A DNA stretch of 64,000 nucleotides from NCBI GenBank assembly GCA_937899835.1, contig CALCCE010000251.1, positions 30,623-94,622 of the forward strand. The letters run 5' to 3'. The notes under the pieces are model-generated. The model saw only the letters and a list, made by a program, of their open reading frames with translations, did not search any database and was not told the DNA's origin. This document shows, piece after piece, positions 54,378 through 61,806 of this stretch. A program made the position numbers and the translations under genes. Every line of letters begins with the position of its first letter. Positions within the stretch are counted from its first letter, which is position 1. Origin of the DNA: an uncultured Flavobacteriales bacterium. Lineage in GTDB: Bacteria; Bacteroidota; Bacteroidia; Flavobacteriales_G; Salibacteraceae.

Positions 54378-55418
54378 TCAAGCTTGGGATTCTCCCGCAG
54401 CGTGAATGCGCTCAATGATCTCTACCACCTTCATGCCTTCAAGGGCGTTGGTAGAAATCACCGCTTTGCCCGTGAGCACGTCAATCACGTTTTGAATTAC
54501 ATAGTGGTGATTGGCCGCACTTCCTTTGTAATCCCCATAATCGTTGGGTGGGTTGGGTGGGGGCAACTGCGGCATATCGTAGTCGCCTACTTCCACATAT
54601 TCTACCGAATCCATGTATTGCCCGCTTACTTTCACGCTGCCTTTTGAGCCAATGATGGTGATGCTGCTCTCCATGTTTTTGCGGAAGATGGAAGTCGAAA
54701 AATTGATCGACCCCATGCCGCCATTGATGAAATCGAAACTGACCACTCCCGTGTCGATGAACTCCGTACTGTCGCCGTGATTGAAATTGACGAAGCGCGC
54801 CCGTATGTTATCAATGTCACCAAACAACCAATACATAATGTCGATGAAATGGCTGAATTGAGTAAACAGTACTCCGCCATCGAGTGCTTTGGTGCCTTTC
54901 CAGCCCCCTTTTTTATAGTAACGATCGTCACGGTTCCAGTAGCAGTTGAGCTGCACCATGTTGATCTCTCCGAGGCGGTTTTCATCAATCAAGGAGCGCA
55001 ACCAAACCGATGTTGGACTATAGCGGTTTTGCTTCACGCAGAATACGTGCCGTGAAACTTGCAACGACTTGAAAATGACATCCTCACATTTGGAGCGGGT
55101 CAACCCCATGGGCTTTTCAATCACCACGTGCCACTTGTTGCCCAGGGCACGAATCGACTGATCGGCATGTAAACCGTTGGGGGTACATACGCACACCACG
55201 TCCACCTCATTTTCCTGGAATCCGTCAGGACCGAAAATTACCGCTTCCTGTTCCAGTACTTTTATCGAATAAGTCTCACGAGCCTCTGCCGCCTTCGCCG
55301 GGTCGAGGTCTACTATTCCTACCAGTTCAGCATCGGGATTGCCCGCTACCATAGCGGCATGTTTACGTCCAATATGGCCGTAGCCCAATACCAGAAAACG
55401 GATTTTTTTATCGCTCAT
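54378..55418 (-). CDS. Gfo/Idh/MocA family sugar-nucleotide oxidoreductase
   Basis: It has an N-terminal Rossmann motif (IRFLVLGYGHIGRKHAAMV) and family similarity to WbpB-type UDP-sugar 3-dehydrogenases. Confidence 0.8.
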   Translation of the reverse strand: MSDKKIRFLVLGYGHIGRKHAAMVAGNPDAELVGIVDLDPAKAAEARETYSIKVLEQEAVIFGPDGFQENEVDVVCVCTPNGLHADQSIRALGNKWHVVIEKPMGLTRSKCEDVIFKSLQVSRHVFCVKQNRYSPTSVWLRSLIDENRLGEINMVQLNCYWNRDDRYYKKGGWKGTKALDGGVLFTQFSHFIDIMYWLFGDIDNIRARFVNFNHGDSTEFIDTGVVSFDFINGGMGSINFSTSIFRKNMESSITIIGSKGSVKVSGQYMDSVEYVEVGDYDMPQLPPPNPPNDYGDYKGSAANHHYVIQNVIDVLTGKAVISTNALEGMKVVEIIERIHAAGESQA

Positions 55419-55435
55419 GCTTGTCGATTTTGCGG

Positions 55436-55443
55436 CAAATTTA
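55436..55443 (-). promoter_or_regulatory. candidate -7 box TAAATTTG upstream of the oxidoreductase gene
   Basis: This is an exact TAnnTTTG on the minus strand, 18 nt upstream of ATG 55418. Confidence 0.35.
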
Positions 55444-55503
55444 GAAGATTTCGGTAGCTCTCATCCTATACTGTAGTGCATCCATAAACAGCAAGGTGTT
55501 CAA

Positions 55504-56502
55504 TCATTGGGCAGGTTGCAGACTGTGCCAATACCAATCAATAGCTTTTTCAAGCCCCTGGCGTAAATTGTATTGCGGATCGTAGCCCAACAAACGTTTC
55601 GCTTTATCAATCGAGGCCAGTGAGTGTTTCACATCTCCCACCCGCTCCGGGCCATAGGTGATTTCCACCGATCGAATGGCCGGGTCGAAGTTGCCCAGTA
55701 ATTCTACCAGCAATTGCACCAACTCGTTGAGGGTAGTGTTTTCACCGTAGGCTACGTTGTACACCTGATTGACGGCCTCTGGATTTTCGGTAAGGGCCGC
55801 CAGTTGGTTGGCTTGCACCACATTTTCGATGAAAGTAAAATCCCGGGATTGGGTACCATCTCCGTGAATGACCGGAGATTGATGCCCCATAAACGCCTTG
55901 ATGAATTTGGGGATCGCAGCTGAGTAGGCTCCGTCGGGAGTTTGGTGGGGCCCAAAAACATTGAAGTACCGCAATCCGATCACTTCTATCCCGTAGAGGT
56001 CGGCAAATACCTGAGCGTATAGTTCATTGACGTATTTGGTCACCGCATAGGGCGACAGCGGACGACCGATGTTCTCCTCTACTTTGGGCAATGCCTTATG
56101 GTCGCCATACGTGCTGGAACTGGCCGCATACACAAACCGTTTTAAACCTGCTTCTTTGGTGGCATACAGCATGTTCAGAAAACCGGAAATGTTTACCTCA
56201 TTGCTGGTAATCGGATCGTCGATGGAACGAGGAACTGATCCAAGGGCCGCCTGGTGCAATACATAATCTACCCCCTTCAGGGCCATTTGACAATCTGAAA
56301 GGTTGCGAATATCGCCCTGTTGAAACTCAAAGTTGGCGTGGGCCTGCAGGCGGTCGATGTTGGCTTGTTTGCCGGTAGACAAGTTGTCGAGGCAACGCAC
56401 CTCGTTGTTTTGCTCCAGCAACGCTCCGCAAAGGTTGGAGCCAATAAAGCCTGCTCCTCCGGTTACTAAAACCTTTTTTCCTTCTATTCGGGAATGGCTC
56501 AT
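55504..56502 (-). CDS. NAD-dependent sugar-nucleotide epimerase/dehydratase (SDR, WbpP/TviC-like)
   Basis: It has KVLVTGGAGFIGSNL, the YxxxK motif (SPYAVTKYVNELY) and the extended-SDR length of 332 aa. Confidence 0.85.
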   Translation of the reverse strand: MSHSRIEGKKVLVTGGAGFIGSNLCGALLEQNNEVRCLDNLSTGKQANIDRLQAHANFEFQQGDIRNLSDCQMALKGVDYVLHQAALGSVPRSIDDPITSNEVNISGFLNMLYATKEAGLKRFVYAASSSTYGDHKALPKVEENIGRPLSPYAVTKYVNELYAQVFADLYGIEVIGLRYFNVFGPHQTPDGAYSAAIPKFIKAFMGHQSPVIHGDGTQSRDFTFIENVVQANQLAALTENPEAVNQVYNVAYGENTTLNELVQLLVELLGNFDPAIRSVEITYGPERVGDVKHSLASIDKAKRLLGYDPQYNLRQGLEKAIDWYWHSLQPAQ

Positions 56503-56531
56503 GGTGCTTTGATCTGCAGCTCAGAAATTAA

Positions 56532-58073
56532 TTATTTGGCGAAGCTCACCGCACGGGTTTCTCGAATCACCGCTACTTTTACCTGACCAGGATAGATCAT
56601 CTCGTTCTGAATTTTCTGAGAAATTTCAAACGACAAGTTTTCAGCATCCTTATCGGTGACTTTGCTGGCTTCTACCATCACTCGTAATTCGCGCCCCGCC
56701 TGAATGGCGAAGGCTTTGGTTACTCCATCATGGCCTTGGGCCAGGTCTTCCATGTCTTTCAATCGCTGAATGTAGGATTCTACCACTTCACGACGAGCCC
56801 CAGGTCGGGCTCCTGAAATGGCATCACAAACCTGCACTACCGGCGAAATAAGCGAAGTCATTTCAATCTCATCGTGGTGAGCACCGATCGCATTGCAAAC
56901 CGCTGGTTTTTCCCCGTGCTTTTCGGCCAGCTTCATTCCCAGGATAGCGTGCGGAATTTCTGGTTCATCTTCGGGTACTTTACCAATATCATGAAGCAAA
57001 CCAGCACGTTTAGCTTGTTTCACATTGAGGCCCAATTCTGCTGCCATGGTAGCACACAAATTGGCTACTTCACGGCTGTGTTGAAGCAGGTTTTGCCCGT
57101 ATGAAGAACGGTACTTCATCCGGCCTACCATACGAATGAGCGCAGGGTTCAACCCGTGGATGCCCAAATCAATGGTGGTGCGCTTGCCCACTTCCAAAAT
57201 TTCTTCCTCTATCTGCTTGCCCACCTTGCGCACAACTTCCTCGATGCGTGCAGGGTGAATCCGTCCATCGGTAACCAGCTGGTGGAGCGACATCCGGGCA
57301 ATCTCACGCCGAACCGGATCGAAACAAGAAAGAATAATGGCTTCAGGAGTATCGTCCACGATGATTTCTACTCCGGTGGCCGATTCTAAAGCGCGAATGT
57401 TGCGTCCCTCACGACCGATGATCCGGCCTTTCAATTCGTCACTTTCGATGTTGAACACCGAAACCGAGTTTTCAATGGCGTGCTCGGTGGCTACCCGTTG
57501 AATGGTTTGCACCACAATTTTTTTCGCCTCTTTGCTGGCATTGATGCGGGCCTCGTCGGCAATGTCTTTCACATAGGCAAGTGCGTCAGTTCGAGCCTCA
57601 TCTTTCAGAGCATCGATCAATTGAGTTTTGGCTTCCTCAGCCGAAATGTTGCTAATGTTTTCTAAAGCTTCCACCTGTTTGCGGTGCAGCTTTTCCAAAT
57701 CACTTTGCTTTTTAGAGAGAATTTCGTTTTTCTTGGTCAGGTTTTTACGCTGATTTTCCAAGTCTTTGTCTTTGCGGTTGACCTCTGACAGTTTTTGCGA
57801 AAGGCTGCTTTCCTTTTGTTTGATCCGGTTTTCGGTCTGTGAGATGTGCTTGTTTTTTTCGTTGATCTTCTTCTCGTGTTCCGTGCGCATTTGCAAGAAC
57901 TTCTCCTTGGCTTGCAGGATTTTCTCTTTCTTGATCACCTCTGCATCCGTCTCTGCATCTTTTATGATGTGCTCCGAGCGCTTCTCAATGTTTTTCTTGA
58001 GAAGGACCCCGACCAAGATGCCGCCGATAGCCAACCCTCCGATCAATCCAATTACAATACTGATGACGTCCAT
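56532..58073 (-). CDS. rny: ribonuclease Y
   Basis: It has an N-terminal membrane anchor, a Lys/Glu-rich coiled coil, a KH domain ([15 protein letters not shown]) and an HD domain (LLHDIGK). Confidence 0.95.
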   Translation of the reverse strand: MDVISIVIGLIGGLAIGGILVGVLLKKNIEKRSEHIIKDAETDAEVIKKEKILQAKEKFLQMRTEHEKKINEKNKHISQTENRIKQKESSLSQKLSEVNRKDKDLENQRKNLTKKNEILSKKQSDLEKLHRKQVEALENISNISAEEAKTQLIDALKDEARTDALAYVKDIADEARINASKEAKKIVVQTIQRVATEHAIENSVSVFNIESDELKGRIIGREGRNIRALESATGVEIIVDDTPEAIILSCFDPVRREIARMSLHQLVTDGRIHPARIEEVVRKVGKQIEEEILEVGKRTTIDLGIHGLNPALIRMVGRMKYRSSYGQNLLQHSREVANLCATMAAELGLNVKQAKRAGLLHDIGKVPEDEPEIPHAILGMKLAEKHGEKPAVCNAIGAHHDEIEMTSLISPVVQVCDAISGARPGARREVVESYIQRLKDMEDLAQGHDGVTKAFAIQAGRELRVMVEASKVTDKDAENLSFEISQKIQNEMIYPGQVKVAVIRETRAVSFAK

Positions 58074-58107
58074 TCTATTTTGTCAGTTAGGTTTTGATTT
58101 TAAAAGA

Positions 58108-58318
58108 GCCCGCAGCAAATCTCACAAGGTTCTTGTAAACCCCGGAAAGTGAACTTTCGGTACTTGCTGTGTAAGGTCGAACTTCCAGTGTCTTCTCGTA
58201 AGAAAATCCCATCTCGCCGAAGCGGTAAGGTCAACAGGCCTGTTCTTGGGTCACACAAGCTTAGTCCCAACGTTTTGAATGTTGAGTTTACAAAACGTAA
58301 AAAGAGATTTGTGCGGGC
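58108..58318 (-). ncRNA. candidate structured RNA, 6S-like (hypothesis)
   Basis: Nt 58108-58123 pair with 58304-58318 (15 bp, one bulge). Nt 58133-58140 pair with 58286-58293 (8 bp). Nt 58163-58171 pair with 58252-58259 (8 bp, one bulge). Large unpaired strands lie between the second and third helices, giving a central-bubble-like shape. On the minus strand the 3' arm is followed by TCTTTT. The element lies directly downstream of zapA, as ssrS does in E. coli. I found no plausible protein in this 298-nt spacer. Confidence 0.4.
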
Positions 58319-58371
58319 ATGCATTAGAAAGGGCTTAGACAATATCACCCCTCCATGGTATGTAAAGAACG

Positions 58372-58662
58372 TTATTGCTGTTCGAGGTACTCCTGCAAAC
58401 GCTTTTCAATGTCGGCCAATTGGCCGGTAGTAGTTTCGTCAGCCACTCCTTTGTCCCCGGCATTCAGGGCTTGAGTAGCATATTCGAGCGCTGTCATGGC
58501 CAGCAGGTCTTGCCGGTCGCGCACAGCGTAATTTTCTTCGAGGTCCCTCATGTGCTCATTGATCATCTTAGCGGCTTTGCGAATACCTTCCTCCTCTTCC
58601 CGAAGGATGGTAAGGGGATATACCCGATTGGCAATGGTCACTTTGATGGAGAGTTCACTCAT
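58372..58662 (-). CDS. zapA: cell division protein ZapA
   Basis: MSELSIKVTIANRVYPLTILREEEEGIRKAAKMINEHMRDLEENY is a typical ZapA sequence. ATG 58662 lies within the longer ORF. Confidence 0.85.
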   Translation of the reverse strand: MSELSIKVTIANRVYPLTILREEEEGIRKAAKMINEHMRDLEENYAVRDRQDLLAMTALEYATQALNAGDKGVADETTTGQLADIEKRLQEYLEQQ

Positions 58663-58694
58663 AAGGGAAGGGTCAAAACGTTTCGTCAGGATGA

Positions 58695-58985
58695 TTATCG
58701 GTTCAGCATAGCAATGCACTTGTCTAATTCCCGCACAAGCTCATTGATCTTAAGCTTCAACTCCAACGCCCCTTTTGAGTCTTCGCCCACGCTGCGCGCC
58801 AGCGACAAAACCTTATTGCGTTCGGTCAGTTCTGCTACTTTTTGTTGTTCTTCTACCAACTGCAAGCTCAGGGCTTGATTTTCGTCCTTCAAGGCTTGCC
58901 GCGAAGCATTTGCCTCACGGTGCAAATCGACCAGCCGGTCCACTTTTCCATTAAGGCTTGCAACTACACTTGACAAGTCATTCAT
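58695..58985 (-). CDS. hypothetical coiled-coil protein (ZapB-like) upstream of zapA
   Basis: The ~96-aa product has heptad-rich sequence (LKDENQALSLQLVEEQQKVAELTERNKVLSL...). The start is ATG 58985, with a TTG two codons upstream at 58991. Confidence 0.5.
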   Translation of the reverse strand: MNDLSSVVASLNGKVDRLVDLHREANASRQALKDENQALSLQLVEEQQKVAELTERNKVLSLARSVGEDSKGALELKLKINELVRELDKCIAMLNR

Positions 58986-59034
58986 TTTCAAACAATTAAG
59001 AGAAGCAGCTTGAAGAGTTGATCCGCTCAGGGGC

Positions 59035-59042
59035 CAAAATTA
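59035..59042 (-). promoter_or_regulatory. candidate -7 box TAATTTTG for the coiled-coil/zapA operon
   Basis: This is an exact TAnnTTTG on the minus strand, ~45-50 nt upstream of the start codon. Confidence 0.35.
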
Positions 59043-59112
59043 AGTAAAATTTTTCACCCCCTTGTGTGGATATTTAAAGGCCATTTCCGCGTTTCGGTGG
59101 CAATCCTTCTGC

Positions 59113-59120
59113 TAAATTTG
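59113..59120 (+). promoter_or_regulatory. candidate -7 box TAAATTTG for the M23 peptidase gene
   Basis: This is an exact TAnnTTTG 33 nt upstream of ATG 59153. Confidence 0.4.
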
Positions 59121-59152
59121 GTTTCGTCCATCACACGGAAATTTGTTTGTCT

Positions 59153-60877
59153 ATGTTTTCTTTCTGGTCTCTGCTTGTGGCACTTTCCATGCAGGCTAAT
59201 GCCTTCTCTGCCCCGACCTATCCCAAAGATTATTTCTCTACTCCACTCGATATTCCCCTCTACCTTGCCGGCAACTTCGGCGAGTTGCGCACCAACCACT
59301 TTCATGCCGGACTGGACATCAAAACCCAAGGCAAGGAAGGCTTGCCGGTTTTTGCAGCGGCCGAAGGGTACGTTTCACGCATCAAAATTGGCTTGGGTGG
59401 CTACGGAAAAGCACTCTACATCGATCACCCAAACGGGTACACGACCGTTTATGCCCACTTACAAGCCTACGAAGGAGCCATTGCCGATTATGTGAAAAAG
59501 GTGCAATTCGAGAAAGAGAGTTTCACCTTAGAGGTCTTTCCTCAGCCCGGCGAACTCCCCATAAGCAAACGGCAGTTGGTGGCCCTATCGGGCAATACCG
59601 GTGGTTCGGGAGGTCCTCACTTGCATTTTGAAATTCGGGAAACCGAATCGGAAATCCCGGTCAATCCATTGCTCTTTGGCTTTCCTATCCGAGACAACAT
59701 CAAGCCCATCATTCGCCGGGTAGCCTTGTATCCCTTGGCCGATAGTAGTCGGATAGGACACATTGCTACGCCAAAATTTATGGAAGTGGAGGGCACCAAC
59801 GGACGTTACCACCTAAAAAAAGACGCGCCAGTAGAAATCAAGGGCGCCTTAGGGCTTGGCCTGGAAGTGATCGATAAAATGAACGGCACCTCCAACCGCA
59901 ACGGCGTGTACAGCATCGAGCTGCGCTGTGACGACCGGAGAATCTACTACCACGAAATGGAGAAGATCAGTTTTGCCGAAAGCCGCTACATCAACAGCCA
60001 TGCTGATTACCGCGAAAAAATATTGCGAAGCCGATGGGTGCAAAAAAGTTTTTTGCAACCCAACAACCAATTGAGCATTTACCGGGAAGTGGCAGAAAAT
60101 GGAAGACTGGAACTCAACGACGATCAACCACACCAATTGCAGTACATTGTAAAGGACGTTTATGGCAATACTTCCACCTTAGATTTTAAGGTGAGGCAAG
60201 TGCAAAAAGGAGCCCATCCGGCCGCGAAAACACCGGAGCACCTGGTGGCGCGCTTTCGTTTCGATCGGGAAAACCTGTACCAGGGCGAAAACATTAAGGT
60301 AAACCTGCCCAAAGGACTGCTCTATGACCACCTGAATTTTGAGTACCGCCAAGGTGCACCTACTCCAAACAGCTTAGGCCCAGTGCATCACGTTCACCAC
60401 CGCACCGTTGCCTTGCAAGGTTACCTGCGACTGGCACTCCGTTTGCCACCGGGTAGCGAAGCGCAACGCAACAAGGTATTTATTGCCCAGCTCAAATCGG
60501 ATGGTAGTTTTAGGTCTGCTGCGGGCGGCCAACTGGAAGGCGATTACCTGGTAACAGAAACCAAGTATTTTGGTCGCTACGCTATTTTAGTAGATTCCAT
60601 GGCGCCCAGTTTGGTTCCGGTCAACATCCGGCAAGGCGCCAACCTGAGCGGACAAAAAACCATTGCCTTCGAAATTCATGACGCACGCAGTGGTTTGGCC
60701 AGTTTCGACGGCTACATCGACGGCCAATGGGTGTTGATGGAATACGACCGCAAAACCCGTCGGCTACAATTTGATTTCGAGGCCCACGAAATATCCAGCG
60801 GTCCTCATACGTTTGAGTTGCGGCTCACCGACAATTGCAACAACGAGCGGACCTTCCGAGCAGAGTTTGTACGCTGA
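59153..60877 (+). CDS. M23 family metallopeptidase
   Basis: It has a signal peptide and the HxxxD and HxH motifs (NHFHAGLDIK; GGPHLHFEIR). Confidence 0.9.
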   Translation: MFSFWSLLVALSMQANAFSAPTYPKDYFSTPLDIPLYLAGNFGELRTNHFHAGLDIKTQGKEGLPVFAAAEGYVSRIKIGLGGYGKALYIDHPNGYTTVYAHLQAYEGAIADYVKKVQFEKESFTLEVFPQPGELPISKRQLVALSGNTGGSGGPHLHFEIRETESEIPVNPLLFGFPIRDNIKPIIRRVALYPLADSSRIGHIATPKFMEVEGTNGRYHLKKDAPVEIKGALGLGLEVIDKMNGTSNRNGVYSIELRCDDRRIYYHEMEKISFAESRYINSHADYREKILRSRWVQKSFLQPNNQLSIYREVAENGRLELNDDQPHQLQYIVKDVYGNTSTLDFKVRQVQKGAHPAAKTPEHLVARFRFDRENLYQGENIKVNLPKGLLYDHLNFEYRQGAPTPNSLGPVHHVHHRTVALQGYLRLALRLPPGSEAQRNKVFIAQLKSDGSFRSAAGGQLEGDYLVTETKYFGRYAILVDSMAPSLVPVNIRQGANLSGQKTIAFEIHDARSGLASFDGYIDGQWVLMEYDRKTRRLQFDFEAHEISSGPHTFELRLTDNCNNERTFRAEFVR

Positions 60878-60917
60878 GCCACAGGCCCATTGGTGATTCC
60901 TTCCTACCTTTGACTCA

Positions 60918-61556
60918 ATGAGAAATTTCTTCTGGTTACTTCTGCTGCTTGTTTCCTTCCCCACATGGGCCCAAGAGCAGGAACAAGTCGATCCTCCGAA
61001 AAAAATCCTGCAATTTTCGGGGGTAGTGGTTTCTGGTGACAGCCTGTCTCCGGTGCCTTACACCAGCATTCTCATTCGCAATACCAACCGCGGTACCATC
61101 AGCGACTATTACGGCTTTTACTCGCTGGTAGCGGAAACGGGAGATACCATCGACTTCACTGGAGTAGGATTCCGAAAAACCACCTACATCATTCCCGATT
61201 CACTGGATTTGAAGCGCTACTCGCTCATTCAAATCATGACCAAAGACACCATCTTTTTGCCCGAGTCGGTCATTTATCCCTGGCCTACCAAAGAGCAGTT
61301 TGCCGAGGCCTTCATGAATTTAGAAGTGCCGGAGGATGATTATGATCGGGCCAAGAAAAATCTGGAACGGGTAGACCTCCAAGAACGCATGGATAACCTG
61401 CCCAACTCCGGTAGCATCACCTACAAACAACAGATGCGTCAATACTCCAGCCGTTTGTACTATGCCGGGCAAGCTCCTCCCAACAATTTATTAAATCCAG
61501 TAGCCTGGGCCCGCTTCATTGAGGCCTGGAAACGCGGAGATTTCAAGCGGCAGTAA
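60918..61556 (+). CDS. carboxypeptidase-regulatory-like domain protein
   Basis: It has a signal peptide followed by FSGVVVSGDSLSPVPYTSILIRNTNRGTISDYYGFYSLVAETGDTIDFTGVGF. Confidence 0.7.
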   Translation: MRNFFWLLLLLVSFPTWAQEQEQVDPPKKILQFSGVVVSGDSLSPVPYTSILIRNTNRGTISDYYGFYSLVAETGDTIDFTGVGFRKTTYIIPDSLDLKRYSLIQIMTKDTIFLPESVIYPWPTKEQFAEAFMNLEVPEDDYDRAKKNLERVDLQERMDNLPNSGSITYKQQMRQYSSRLYYAGQAPPNNLLNPVAWARFIEAWKRGDFKRQ

Positions 61557-61806
61557 TCCACGATTGGGGTTCCTTTTAAGTAGGTGCCTACTACCCAGCT
61601 CACCCTATTTTTATTTCTATTTCAGTCCTGAAATACTCGTTTGTGCACAGGCCTAAGCCAGATGGCATTCATTGGGGAAACAAGAAGCGGTTTCTTTTTC
61701 CAAGACCTGGCAACAATATTTGTTCGATCCAACGTTTAAGACACGTTCTACACCCTTGGGTTTGATGACCACTGCAATCGGCGTTTTTCTCTACATTTGG
61801 CCTCCC

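Noticed and set aside
58108-58318. Inverted repeats (15/16 nt) flanking a ~180-bp segment, read as a Bacteroides-type invertible promoter upstream of the polysaccharide locus
   Set aside because: There is no exact TAnnTTTG box inside the segment in either orientation and no recombinase gene in the window. The next gene is the housekeeping rny. Additional nested helices and a U-run after the 3' arm fit an RNA structure better. Read pairs or long reads showing both orientations would revive the idea.
58100-58430. ORFs 58100..58348(-) and 58149..58430(+)
   Set aside because: They lie in the zapA-rny spacer and run into zapA antisense. The translations are low-complexity and Arg/Lys/Ser/Leu-rich, and the region is better explained by RNA secondary structure.
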